64,000 bases of DNA from positions 165,297 to 229,296 of the forward strand of contig JAJRTJ010000003.1 of NCBI GenBank assembly GCA_024278335.1, in the 5' to 3' direction. This document shows, in pieces, positions 27,881 through 38,700 of the stretch (its first letter is position 1; each line of letters begins with the position of its first letter). Below the pieces are notes generated by a model, which worked only from the letters and a program-made list of their open reading frames with translations, was not told where the DNA came from and made no database searches. A program made the translations under genes and the position numbers. Origin of the DNA: an archaeon (GTDB lineage: Archaea > Nanobdellota > Nanobdellia > Pacearchaeales > GW2011-AR1).

Positions 27881-29581
27881 ATGAAAATCGCAATTTTTCA
27901 CAATTTTTTGGATAATATTGGAGGAGCAGAAATCGTTACTCTAACTCTTGCAAGAGAGCTCAAAGCAGATGTTTATACTACAAATATTGATTTTGAAAAA
28001 ATAAAGAAAATGGGATTTGAAGATATTGCTCCAAGGATTTATTCTATTGGCAAGGTTCCAATTAATGCCCCTTTTAGACAGCAATTGACAATGTGGAGGT
28101 TTAGGAATTTAAAGTTAGGGCAAAAGTATGATTTTTATATTATTTCTGGAGATTGGGCAATGGCAGGAGCAGTAAACAATAAGCCAAATCTTTGGTATGT
28201 TTATTCTCCAATTAGAGAAATTTGGGATTTGTATAAGTATACTCGAAACAATCTTGTCGAATGGTGGAAAAGACCAATTTTTGATATTTGGGTTTGGTTT
28301 AATCGTTATTTAAATAAATACTATCTTAAACATATTCAGAAAATTGCCTGTATTTCTAAAACAACTCAGGCAAGAATTAAAAAATATCTTAGAAGAAATG
28401 CAGATATTGTTTATCCTCCTGTTGAAACTAGAAAATTTAAATTTAATAAAAAAGGAGATTTTTGGCTGTCTGTGAATAGGTTGATTAAACATAAAAGAGT
28501 TGATATGCAATTAAAGGCATTTAAGAAACTGCCTAATGAAAAGCTGGTTATTGTCGGCAGTTATGAGAAATCAAAACACTTTCAGGAGTATGCTAATTAT
28601 TGCAAGAGAATTAAGCCAGAGAATGTTGAAATATTAAGTTGGATTGATGATAAAAAATTAAAAGAACTTTATTCAAACTGCAAGGGATTTTTGACAACTT
28701 CTTATAAAGAAGATTTTGGATTAACTCCTATTGAAGCAATGGCTTCTGGAAAACCAGTTATTGCTCCAAATGAAGCAGGGTATAAGGAGACAATTATCCA
28801 CGGAAAAACAGGAATTTTAATTGAGGATATTAATGAGGAAAAATTAGTGAATGCTATTAAGGAAGTTGGGAAAAATGTTTTGAAATATAGAAGAGATTGT
28901 GAAAAAAGAGCAAAAGAATTTGATGTTAAGGTTTTTATTGAAAAAGTGAGACAAAAAACAGGATTGAAAACCAATAAAGAAATATTTGATGAGATTCATA
29001 AAGAAAATAAATGGGGTTCATGTGAGACAGTTTCGGGACATGGTTCAACACTTTATGAAACAAAAACAATCAGAAAAGAAATTCCAAAATTATTAAAACA
29101 ATTTAAAATAAAATCTGTTTTAGATGCTCCTTGCGGGGATTTAAATTGGATTAAACACATTAAAAAAAATATCTGTGATTATTTTGGAGTTGATATTGTT
29201 GAAGATTTAATAAAAAATAATAGGAAAGAATATGGAAGCAAAAAAACAAAATTTGCTCTCTTGGATTTGACAAAAGATCCTCTTCCTAAGAAGGATTTAA
29301 TTTTGTGCAGAGATTGTTTGCCTCATTTTTCTTATGATAACATTAAAAAAGCAATTATAAATTTTAAAGAATCTGGTTCAAAATATCTTCTTACAACAAC
29401 ATTTACTGGAATTAAACAAAATAAAAATATTAAAACAGGAGGATGGCGGAAGATAAATCTTGAAGAAGCCCCTTTTAATTTTCCAAAACCCTTAAAAATA
29501 ATAAATGAAAACCATCCAGATGAGAGGGCAAATGACAAGAGTTTAGGATTATGGAGATTAAAAGACATTAATTTTTCATAA
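27881..29581 (+). CDS. GT4-family glycosyltransferase fused to a class I SAM-dependent methyltransferase domain
   Basis: GT-B motif EDFGLTPIEAMASGKPVIA (E-x7-E). The C-terminal 200 aa carry VLDAPCGDLNWI, a SAM motif I-like sequence. Confidence 0.75.
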   Translation: MKIAIFHNFLDNIGGAEIVTLTLARELKADVYTTNIDFEKIKKMGFEDIAPRIYSIGKVPINAPFRQQLTMWRFRNLKLGQKYDFYIISGDWAMAGAVNNKPNLWYVYSPIREIWDLYKYTRNNLVEWWKRPIFDIWVWFNRYLNKYYLKHIQKIACISKTTQARIKKYLRRNADIVYPPVETRKFKFNKKGDFWLSVNRLIKHKRVDMQLKAFKKLPNEKLVIVGSYEKSKHFQEYANYCKRIKPENVEILSWIDDKKLKELYSNCKGFLTTSYKEDFGLTPIEAMASGKPVIAPNEAGYKETIIHGKTGILIEDINEEKLVNAIKEVGKNVLKYRRDCEKRAKEFDVKVFIEKVRQKTGLKTNKEIFDEIHKENKWGSCETVSGHGSTLYETKTIRKEIPKLLKQFKIKSVLDAPCGDLNWIKHIKKNICDYFGVDIVEDLIKNNRKEYGSKKTKFALLDLTKDPLPKKDLILCRDCLPHFSYDNIKKAIINFKESGSKYLLTTTFTGIKQNKNIKTGGWRKINLEEAPFNFPKPLKIINENHPDERANDKSLGLWRLKDINFS

Positions 29582-30833
29582 GCTTATCAATAACCTTAAT
29601 CGCTTCCTTTGTTGCTGTTCCCAAATTATAATAAACTTCTTTTACTACTTTTTTTCTTTGAGGGGATTTTTCCTTTTTATTTTTTAAAGCATATTTTATC
29701 ATTCTTGGAAGTTCTTTTGGAGAATTAATAACATAGACTGCTTTTTCAAGCTTTTTTTCAATATAATTTAATTTCCCATGTATCTTAAACCACTTTTTGC
29801 TATTGAAAATAATAACTGGTTTATCACAAATAATTGCTTCAAATCCAGCACTTGTGGCCACATCTGTAATAACCACATCTGCGATGGGATAATAAAGAGT
29901 TGAGTCTGGTTCTTTTGCAATGTGAAGATTTGGATATTTTTTTTCCATTTTTAAGAGCTTTGAATTAAATTTTTTATAACCATAGACTCTTTTAATATGA
30001 TCATGAAGTTTTACAATTAAATTTATTTTCATTTTCAGCATTAATTTTATTAATTTTAATCCGAATTTATTCAAGCTGAAATATTTTATATGGTGTGGAG
30101 AGTAAACAATAATTGGCAAGTTTTTATTTTTGAAGGAAATTTTTTTTAAAATTTTTTTAAAATTGAATTTTTTGTTTGATAATTTGTCTAATTTGGGATA
30201 TCCTACTGGAAACCTATGGTCTGAATCACAATACTTCTCTAGTGCTTTTTCATACTGGGGTCCGACCATAAAATGGTAGTCAAACTTTTTTAAATTTTCT
30301 AAAATCCGATAATTTGATTTGATTTTTAGATTTTCTTGAAAAACAGAAGTTCCTGCTCCATGATACATTTGTATTTTTTTTGTTTTAAAAATTTTTAATG
30401 GTAGTTCTTCCACTATCCAACTAGAAATAAAAATTTTCCAATTTATTAGTTTTCCGTAGTTAGAGTGAATTATTTTATTTTTGGGAATTCCCTGTTTTAT
30501 TAAATAATTTTTATAATTTTCTGCCTCTCTTTTTTTACTTGGAATGATAAAATAAATTTCGTATTTGTTTTTTATTTTTTTATAAATTGTTTCAAATGCG
30601 TGAAAAACAAAGGGAGCATTTCCATAATATGCAATTAGTTTGTTTGAATGCAATGATTTTATGTTGAGAAAAATTACTAAGAAGAACTCCTTAATATAGT
30701 GAATATAATTAAATATTGATTTAATTGCTTCGCTTAATCTCCAAAAAAAATCTTTTACTAAGACTAGAAATTTCCAATAGATTTTTTCAGAGTTACGATG
30801 GCTTTCTATTGTTTTTCTTATTTTTTTAAACAT
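29568..30833 (-). CDS. CDP-glycerol glycerophosphotransferase-like (TagB/TagF family)
   Basis: Pattern IVYSPHH ... DVVITDVATSAGFEAIICDKPVIIF resembles the TagF catalytic region. It sits next to TagGH-like transporter genes. Confidence 0.55.
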   Translation of the reverse strand: MFKKIRKTIESHRNSEKIYWKFLVLVKDFFWRLSEAIKSIFNYIHYIKEFFLVIFLNIKSLHSNKLIAYYGNAPFVFHAFETIYKKIKNKYEIYFIIPSKKREAENYKNYLIKQGIPKNKIIHSNYGKLINWKIFISSWIVEELPLKIFKTKKIQMYHGAGTSVFQENLKIKSNYRILENLKKFDYHFMVGPQYEKALEKYCDSDHRFPVGYPKLDKLSNKKFNFKKILKKISFKNKNLPIIVYSPHHIKYFSLNKFGLKLIKLMLKMKINLIVKLHDHIKRVYGYKKFNSKLLKMEKKYPNLHIAKEPDSTLYYPIADVVITDVATSAGFEAIICDKPVIIFNSKKWFKIHGKLNYIEKKLEKAVYVINSPKELPRMIKYALKNKKEKSPQRKKVVKEVYYNLGTATKEAIKVIDKLMKN

Positions 30834-30839
30834 TTTTGT

Positions 30840-31586
30840 TTAAAGAATATTTGAGCTATATTGTTCATATGCGGCAACAACTTCTTTGGGATTGCCGATT
30901 TTTTTAATCTCCCCTTTTTCAATCCAAATTGCTTTATCACAATAGTCTTTTATTAACCGTAAATCATGGCTTGCGATTAAAATTGTTGCTCCTTTTTTCA
31001 TTATCACATCCACCTCTTTTTTTACTTTTTCTTTAAAATTTTTATCTCCTCCTGAACTAAAAACTTCATCTAACAGAAGAATATCACATTCTTTATTTTT
31101 TAAAAAGTTAATCCTTGTTGCAAAATTAAGTCTTGTTAACATTCCAGTAGAAAATTTATTTATTTTTACGTCGAGAAACCTTTCTAATCCTGAAAAATCA
31201 ATTATCCTTTTAAAAACTTTTTTTATTTTTCTTTTACTTAACCCAAAAATAGAGCCAATCAAAAAAATATTTTCTTTCATTGTTAGTTTTGATTTAAGCC
31301 CATTATTAAAACCACTTAAATAAATAGCTTCTCCATTAAGGATTATTTCTCCACAGTCTGGTTCGTAAATTCCTCCAATTATTTTCAAAAGCGTGCTTTT
31401 TCCTGAGCCATTGCTTCCAATTATTCCTATATTTTCTTTTTCTTTTGCTTCAAAAGAAATGTTTTTTAATGCTTCTAAAAAATCTTCAGAGTCACTAAAT
31501 GAAAGCAGTCTTCCTAAAAAACTTGAATCTTTTTTGCATAATTTGAATTTCTTGCGGATATTTTTTACAATAATTCTTTTTTCCAT
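30840..31586 (-). CDS. ABC transporter ATP-binding protein (TagH/Wzt-like polymer export)
   Basis: Walker A GSNGSGKST, signature FSTGMLTRL, Walker B ILLLDEV. Confidence 0.85.
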   Translation of the reverse strand: MEKRIIVKNIRKKFKLCKKDSSFLGRLLSFSDSEDFLEALKNISFEAKEKENIGIIGSNGSGKSTLLKIIGGIYEPDCGEIILNGEAIYLSGFNNGLKSKLTMKENIFLIGSIFGLSKRKIKKVFKRIIDFSGLERFLDVKINKFSTGMLTRLNFATRINFLKNKECDILLLDEVFSSGGDKNFKEKVKKEVDVIMKKGATILIASHDLRLIKDYCDKAIWIEKGEIKKIGNPKEVVAAYEQYSSNIL

Positions 31587-32353
31587 TACATTTCTTCTGC
31601 AAATTTATTTTCATATTTTTGAAAAATTTTCAATCCAATGAGCAGAGTTAATACAGAGATTATAAAAAGAGGGACTATTTTGCTTAAGGGAGGCAGAGAG
31701 TTGAATAAGAATATCTGTCTTGTAATTTCAATAAAATATGTGATTGGGTTAAAGAGATTTAGAATGTAGATTTTTGTTCCTTTATGCAAGACATAAAAAA
31801 TAGGAGTTGCAAACCAGAGAATTTTTGTGAAAACACCCCATACATTGCTAGTGTCATTAATAAAAGCTCCGAGTGTTGCTAAGATAAATGAAATTCCTAA
31901 AACAAATAAAAAATAGAAAAATAAAATTGGAATATAAAAAATTAAACTAGTTGGAGAAAGATCTGAATAAACCATAAAGATGGCAAGAATTATGAGTTCA
32001 AAGAAATGAGAAAAAACAAACTGGATTACTGTGGAAAGGACAAGAGCTTCTTTGTTTATTTTTATGGATTTTATTAAATTTCCATTGTTTCTTATGGAGT
32101 TTGTTGCTAAAGTGGTTGAGTTTTTGAAAAAATTAAACATAATTAAACCAAGAAGCAAATATAGGGGATAGTTTGGGATTGGATTGCCTCCAATATTGCC
32201 CTTTATTAAGATTATAATGATGAAAAGTGAGAGAGGTTCGAGTAAATACCATATAATCCCAAGGTAGCTTCCTTCATTTCTTAATTTAAAATTTGCTTTT
32301 GCTAAATTATATCCTAGCTCAATTGTTTTTGTTAGGTTTTTTTTATTTTTCAT
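31586..32353 (-). CDS. ABC-2 type transporter permease (TagG/Wzm-like)
   Basis: 255 aa with six predicted TM helices. Start/stop overlap with the ATPase gene. Confidence 0.75.
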   Translation of the reverse strand: MKNKKNLTKTIELGYNLAKANFKLRNEGSYLGIIWYLLEPLSLFIIIILIKGNIGGNPIPNYPLYLLLGLIMFNFFKNSTTLATNSIRNNGNLIKSIKINKEALVLSTVIQFVFSHFFELIILAIFMVYSDLSPTSLIFYIPILFFYFLFVLGISFILATLGAFINDTSNVWGVFTKILWFATPIFYVLHKGTKIYILNLFNPITYFIEITRQIFLFNSLPPLSKIVPLFIISVLTLLIGLKIFQKYENKFAEEM

Positions 32354-33815
32354 TTTTGTAAATGAAAGTATTTTTGTTGTATATTTGTTTTAGGAAACTG
32401 CAGTTTATTTTATTCTTTGAATAAATGTATTCTGCTTTATATTTTTTTAGTATTTGTTTTTTTTCCGAACAAGAAGAAACAAAAAAATCTCTTACTTGTT
32501 TTTTTGTTTTCTGATTGCCAATAAAATAAATATCTGCTATTGCATGGTTTTTTGAAATAGGGTAAATTGCAGATGCAGGGTTGATTTGAGAGAGGACCTT
32601 TTTATCTTGGGCTATTTGGCTGAGATGGTTAAATGCCTGATAGTCGCTTTGGTCTATTAAATAATAAAGCTCTGTTCCCTTATTTTGTTCTCCATAATTA
32701 TGGAAAACTGAAATAAAGAGGATTATTAGAATAATTATTGCTAATTTTTTTCCTGTTTTTTTTGACAAAAATTGAAAAAACTTTGAAGTTCCTATCCCTG
32801 CCAGGCAAACTAATCCAAGAAGGGAATAATAAAGCATTCTTTGGTGTGGAACAAGAGGAGAAATATGAAAAATATTAAATAAAAAGAGCGTGAATGTGCT
32901 ATAAATTGTCCAAATAAAAAAGATTTTGAGATTTTTATTTTTCAAAGAATAGTATAATCCTAATAATGCCAATAAAAAGGGGAAAATCCTAAAGAGGATT
33001 GGGAGAAAGTATTGACTAACTAAGAGGGTTGTATCGAAAAAATTGTAGTTAAGAGAGTTTGTTTCTAAGCCAAGTTCAAGGGGAGTCCATCCTCTTTGAA
33101 AAAGTAATTGGGAGAAAAACCAAGCAAGACTTTTTTCAGAGATTAAAATTAAGAAGAAAATTGCAGTTAAAATAATTGCTCCTCCTAAGACGAGTATCTG
33201 TGAAAATTTTTTTAAAAATATTTTTTTTGTTTTAAATTCTGTTGAAATATAAATTAAAGAAAGGATAATTATGAAGAGGGCTGTTGGAGGGTGCGTTATT
33301 AAAAGTAAAGCAATTGATAAAATAAATGCATAAAGGAGTTTGGGGTTATTTTCTTTTAATCCTTTGCACAAAAGAAAAATTGTAAGAAAAAGAAAGGGCA
33401 TGGCAAAGGTTAGGGGGGTTGCGAACCATAGCCCCAATAAATTTACATTGCTTTTTAAAGACGCAAAAAATAATATGCTAAAGAGGCTGGCAAGATAGTT
33501 TTGAGTTAAGTAATACATTAGTAGGAAGAGGGTTATTGCTGAAAAAACTGCAAAAAGTGCTGGAAAAAACTTGTATATTAAAACAAGATTAAATCCTATT
33601 TTGTATAGAATTGCTAAGAAAAGATGATACACTATTTCCAAGCTTGAAAGGCTTTTGAAAGAATATTCTTCTTCCGATAGTTTGATTCCCTGACTGATAT
33701 GATGCCATTCGTCTACATGAAAGGGGTAAGGATAATTTTTATGCGGAGAATAAACAAGTAAAAAAACTAAAAAAAGTGCTAAAATAAAGAAAGTTATTTT
33801 ATGGGTGTTTTTCAT
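32343..33815 (-). CDS. Polytopic membrane protein, possible GT-C-fold glycosyltransferase
   Basis: More than 10 hydrophobic helices. First-loop acidic motif FHVDEWHH. The ATG at 33815 is preferred because of ctttaaaaaaag about 27 nt upstream, and it avoids overlap with the divergent ORF. Confidence 0.4.
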   Translation of the reverse strand: MKNTHKITFFILALFLVFLLVYSPHKNYPYPFHVDEWHHISQGIKLSEEEYSFKSLSSLEIVYHLFLAILYKIGFNLVLIYKFFPALFAVFSAITLFLLMYYLTQNYLASLFSILFFASLKSNVNLLGLWFATPLTFAMPFLFLTIFLLCKGLKENNPKLLYAFILSIALLLITHPPTALFIIILSLIYISTEFKTKKIFLKKFSQILVLGGAIILTAIFFLILISEKSLAWFFSQLLFQRGWTPLELGLETNSLNYNFFDTTLLVSQYFLPILFRIFPFLLALLGLYYSLKNKNLKIFFIWTIYSTFTLFLFNIFHISPLVPHQRMLYYSLLGLVCLAGIGTSKFFQFLSKKTGKKLAIIILIILFISVFHNYGEQNKGTELYYLIDQSDYQAFNHLSQIAQDKKVLSQINPASAIYPISKNHAIADIYFIGNQKTKKQVRDFFVSSCSEKKQILKKYKAEYIYSKNKINCSFLKQIYNKNTFIYKNEK

Positions 33816-33896
33816 TAATATCCAGAAGACATTTCTTTTTTTAAAGATTGAGTTGTTTATAAATATCTTTATAAGTTTTGCATGTTTAGCATTAAT

Positions 33897-34298
33897 ATGG
33901 GGAAAAAAAAGGTTTTGTTTTGGATGATTATTTTTCTTATTTTTGTCTTTGCAGGGAATTTTAAGTTTCAAAGCAACACAGAATCTACTTCTTATGATGT
34001 CTTGGTAGTTGTTGGGAACAATGCTTCTTTTAATTCTAAAGGAAATAAACTATTTTTTGAGATTCCTGCAGGCAAAATTTTACAAGGAAGTGTGAAAATT
34101 CAAAATCCTCGTATGAAAAGAATGAAAATGCAAGTTTTTGTTTCTGGACAATTAAAGGATTTTAAAATAGTTGAAATAATGGAGCCTAATTTTGAGTTAA
34201 GTCCTAAAGAAATAAAGGATGTTCATATTAAAATAAGTGCTCCTTTGAGAAAAGGGGAGTATAAAGGAAAGATTTTGGTTGAAGGGAAGAGGGTTTGA
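33897..34298 (+). CDS. Small secreted beta-rich protein
   Basis: Signal peptide MGKKKVLFWMIIFLIFVFAG. TATA-like box about 25 nt upstream. Confidence 0.35.
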   Translation: MGKKKVLFWMIIFLIFVFAGNFKFQSNTESTSYDVLVVVGNNASFNSKGNKLFFEIPAGKILQGSVKIQNPRMKRMKMQVFVSGQLKDFKIVEIMEPNFELSPKEIKDVHIKISAPLRKGEYKGKILVEGKRV

Positions 34299-34373
34299 AG
34301 GAGAATTGAGAGGGTTTTATCAGAAAAACATTAAAACCATAAAGTTTATTAACTACTTTAAAGGAATAAAGTC

Positions 34374-35681
34374 ATGGGAGATACCTCTTTAAGAGGTGAT
34401 GATAGTTATGAAGCGGGTTTACTAGAATCAAAAGTAGATGGTTCTGTTGAAGAAGATAAAAAAGAGAGGAAATATTCATTTAATGATTTTAGAAAAGCTT
34501 TAGCCGAAGGAATTAGTTTTGCATTAAAACAGACGGGTGTTCCAGAGGATGTTGTTGAGAGTGCAAAAGAAAGAGGAATTGGTAGAAGGGAGATGATGAA
34601 ATTGCTGGGGGCTACAGTGGTTTCAGCAGGGGCTTTTTTGTTTGGAGGGCATATTTCTAGAAATTTATTCAATGGGAATATTTCCTTAGGGAAAGGCTCT
34701 CTTGAAGGAGAATTTTATCTGGGAAATTTAGACGAATTTTTGCAAAGAAGTAGAAATCCTTCTCAAGAACAATATTTAAGATTTATTGGAGGATTTCCGA
34801 ACAGACAACCTCTTGAATTAAAAATTATTGAAGAAGAAAATATGGGGGATGGATCTGGAATGGTTTTACAAAAAGTTGAATACAATGTTGGGGAAGAAAG
34901 GGTTGTATCTAATTTATTAATCCCCCCAGAATATAATCGTAAGCCAAAGGCAATTTTATGTTTTCCTCCTTATGGTTGGTCTAAAGATGATCTCGTTGAT
35001 CCTAGAAAGAGTCCTGGTTCTTATGGGATTGGGTTAGCAAGAAAAGGATATTATACTCTTTCCTTGGATGGAGCGACTTCTCTTAAAGGATTTAGAGAAT
35101 TTGAAGAGTGGGAGGGTCCTTCTCAAGATATTGACTTGAATGATGATTACCTTGTAGCAGCAAGAGCCATGCAAAAACAATTGCTTTTTGGAATGAGTAG
35201 GGGTGTTGATGTTTTACAGCTTATTCCGGGAGTTTCTCCAGAGAAAATAGGGTGCATTGGTCATTCTATTGGTGGAACTCAAACAACATTTTTAACTGCT
35301 TTAGATCCTAGAATTAAAGTTGCAGTATCAAATTGTGGTATCTCTACTTATCAAGATATTTTAAGATATAATGGAGATTATGATGAACAAGGAGGGTTTA
35401 TTCCTGATAAGCATTTTACTGGTTTGTTTGGTTTTTGGGAAAAAGAAAGAGATTTAGATCAGCTTGTAACTCTAATTCCTCCAAGACCTTTTTTGATTAT
35501 CTCTGGAGGGGAGAGAGATAGGGGTTTTCCAATTCAAGGAGTGAAAAAATGTTACAAGAGAATGCTTCCTCTATATGGAGAAAACAGCGAAAGAGTAAAT
35601 GTTTTGAATCATCGTGGGGGACATGATTTTAATTCTATTTCTCAGTTAGCTTCTGAAAGATGGTTTAATCAATGGCTTTAA
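34374..35681 (+). CDS. Alpha/beta hydrolase (dienelactone hydrolase / acetyl-xylan-esterase-like) with an RR-containing membrane anchor
   Basis: GRREMMKLLGATVVSAGAFLFG, then the nucleophile elbow GHSIGG and a C-terminal HRGGHDF. Confidence 0.6.
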   Translation: MGDTSLRGDDSYEAGLLESKVDGSVEEDKKERKYSFNDFRKALAEGISFALKQTGVPEDVVESAKERGIGRREMMKLLGATVVSAGAFLFGGHISRNLFNGNISLGKGSLEGEFYLGNLDEFLQRSRNPSQEQYLRFIGGFPNRQPLELKIIEEENMGDGSGMVLQKVEYNVGEERVVSNLLIPPEYNRKPKAILCFPPYGWSKDDLVDPRKSPGSYGIGLARKGYYTLSLDGATSLKGFREFEEWEGPSQDIDLNDDYLVAARAMQKQLLFGMSRGVDVLQLIPGVSPEKIGCIGHSIGGTQTTFLTALDPRIKVAVSNCGISTYQDILRYNGDYDEQGGFIPDKHFTGLFGFWEKERDLDQLVTLIPPRPFLIISGGERDRGFPIQGVKKCYKRMLPLYGENSERVNVLNHRGGHDFNSISQLASERWFNQWL

Positions 35682-35729
35682 TTTTTTGTTTACCGAAGAA
35701 TATTTAAGCAGTTTCTTATTTATTTTTTC

Positions 35730-38700
35730 ATGAGGTGTAAAAATATTTATCTGGTAGCAATTGTTGTATTTGTCCTTGGAGTTATTACTTTTCTTTCTGC
35801 AATTAATTCTCAATCCACAACCTTGCAAGAGTGGAAAATGTTTGGAAGAGATTTAAACAATACTCGTTATTATCCAGATAATCTCACTATTTTAGTTTCT
35901 TCAAGAGAACTTTTGAATTTTAGCACTTATGGGTCAACAATGCAATCTTCTCCAATTATCTCTGGAGACTATGTTTATTTTGGTTCTAATGATTCTCAGA
36001 TCTATCAGCTTAATGCTTCTACATTAAGTTTTATTGCAAATTTTTCAGCAGGGGCTTCAGTTATTGCTTCTGGGGCAGTTGCAGGAGGATTTTTTTATAT
36101 CGCAGCCCAAAACTCAAAGGTTTTTCAATTAAATGCTAGCAATATCTCTCAATTACTGGGGTCTTTTACTTCAGATGATGCTTTTGATTCCCCTCCGATT
36201 GTAGTAAATGATTTCGTTTATATTGCAGATTCTGGACCAGATGTTCTACAATTAAATGCTACAAACATTAGTAAACTTTTTGGGAAATATTCTGCTTTAG
36301 GAATAGCTCCTCCAGACAATTATCATGCAAGTTCTTTAACTTTTTATGACGGAAATATTTTCCTTTCTACGAGTGCTGGAAATATTTATCAACTAAGTGC
36401 TTTGAATGTAAGTAATAAAATAAAAAATATTAGTCTTGAAAATGCTTTTCAATCAACTCCTGTTTTTTACAAAGGAGCACTTTATCTTGGAGATAAGGCT
36501 GGAATTGTCTGGCAATTAAATGCTTCAAATATAGATCAAATGCTTTCTAATTTTTCTACTGGAAAAGTATTTACTGATTCTTTTGCAATTGCAAATGATT
36601 ATGCTTATATTGAAGGAGGGAATACTCTTTTTCAGTTTAATGCTTCAAATTTGAGTTTGCTAGTTGCTAATTTTACTTTGACAAACGGGATTTTTGCTGG
36701 TTCTCCTGCAGTTTCTGAAAATTATGTTTTTATTGGGGCAAATAATTCAATACTTTATCAATTCAATGCTTCAAATGTTAGTCAACTTATTTCTTCAAGA
36801 ACATTAGGGGCTGCAATTCAATCTTCTCCTGCAATCTCCAATAATTCAGTTTACCTTGCTTCAAGTGATATGAACCTTTATCTATTTTCCTCTACCCCTA
36901 TTTCTCCTTACGGATATAAAATTTCTCCTGCAAATGCTTCTTCCCCTTCTAATTCAAGAATTAACTTTGAATTTAATGTTACAGATCTTGGGGGGAATTT
37001 AAAAAATGCTACTCTCTGGGTATGGAATTTGAGCTATGCCGCAGATTTTACAAATGGCTTTAAAACAAATTTTACTCCCATTAGTGGAAGTTTCAATCAT
37101 ACAAATATTACATTGAGTTTTACAGAAAGTGGAAATTATTCTTGGAATGTATTAATTTATGACGCTTTGGATAATAGCAATTGGACAGGGGCAAGTAATA
37201 ATACCTTTGAATTTCTTGTTGATTCGATTATTCCAACATTTGAGGATTTGGCTAATTTTTCGGTGGTTTACCTGGGAGCAGTAAATCTTGATTTAAATGC
37301 AACAGATAATGTTGCTTTGGATTGTTTTTCTGTGAATGATTCTCGTTTTACTATAAATTGTACTGGTTGGCTTTCAAATATCGCTAGTTTACCAATAGGA
37401 TATTATGCTTTGAATATAACAATTAATGATACTTCCAATAACCTAAATTCAGACATTATCTACGTGAATGTAACTGCTCCACCAGACACTCTTGCTCCAT
37501 TTATCGGATTTATTAATCCAACTCCTAGTAATTCGACTTCTAATCCGAATGTTGATAGTTTTGAAATAAATATTTCCATAATTGAAGCTAATCTTAGTTC
37601 CCTTGTTTATAGTTGGAATTATACCAATTATACTATTTATAATGACTCTTTATTATTAATGTATAATTTTAATAATCTTTCTTCTCTTGGAGAAAATTCT
37701 ACACTTGTAAGAGATCTTGCAAATAATAGCGACAATGGAACCGTTTATCTAGCAGAGTGGACTCCTAATGGAAGATATGATGGAGCATATTTGTTTAAGG
37801 AAAATCATAGCTATATTGATGCTGGACCAATTATTGCCAATTCTGGGGCAATAGATCTCTCTTTGGAGGTTTGGATATATCCTCTCAATGTAACTACTTT
37901 TCAAACCATTTTTTTTGATAGTGGAAGTCGATTGGGAAATGATGTTTCACTTCAAATTCTTGGAGATGGTCAGCTAGAGTGTAAATCTGATACAGATTTT
38001 GATACTCAGGGAGACATCTATGGGGGAATCTTAACTTCGCCAGTAGAATCTGTGGTTTTAAATGAATGGCAACATATTGTTTGTGTTATTGATGATACTA
38101 ATGATAAAATTTCTCTTTTTATTAATGGGAAAGAAGTGGCAAGTCAAGTATTTACAACCACACTTCCAACAGATAATTGGCATTCTGTAATAGGATCTCA
38201 ATATGATTTGAACAGCGGAATTTCTTTTCGTACTTTTAATGGAACAATCGATGAATTCCGAATTTGGAATAGGTCTCTTTCTGAGCAAGAAGTTTATCAG
38301 CATTACATTTCTAATTTACAAAAAATTAATCAAACTCAATGGTATTTGTATGTTAATCAAAGTTTAAATGCAACAGATGGTTTGTTTGAGGGTAATTATA
38401 CTTATCAAGCTTTTGCAACAGACAGCGTGGGAAATGAAAACCAGACAGAATTAAGAAGTCTTGAAGTGACCACTACTAGTCCTGATACAACCCTCCCATA
38501 CTTCACATCAACATCATTCAGCGATAGTATAACCTACGGAACAGACTGGTCTGGGGTTAATCTAAATGCAACTGATGATGTCGAATTTGATAGTTTCTCT
38601 ATAAATGATTCAAGATTTACAATCAACTCTACTGGATTCTTAGATGAAATTAATACTCTGGGAGCAGGAATATATAACATTAATATTACAATTAATGACA

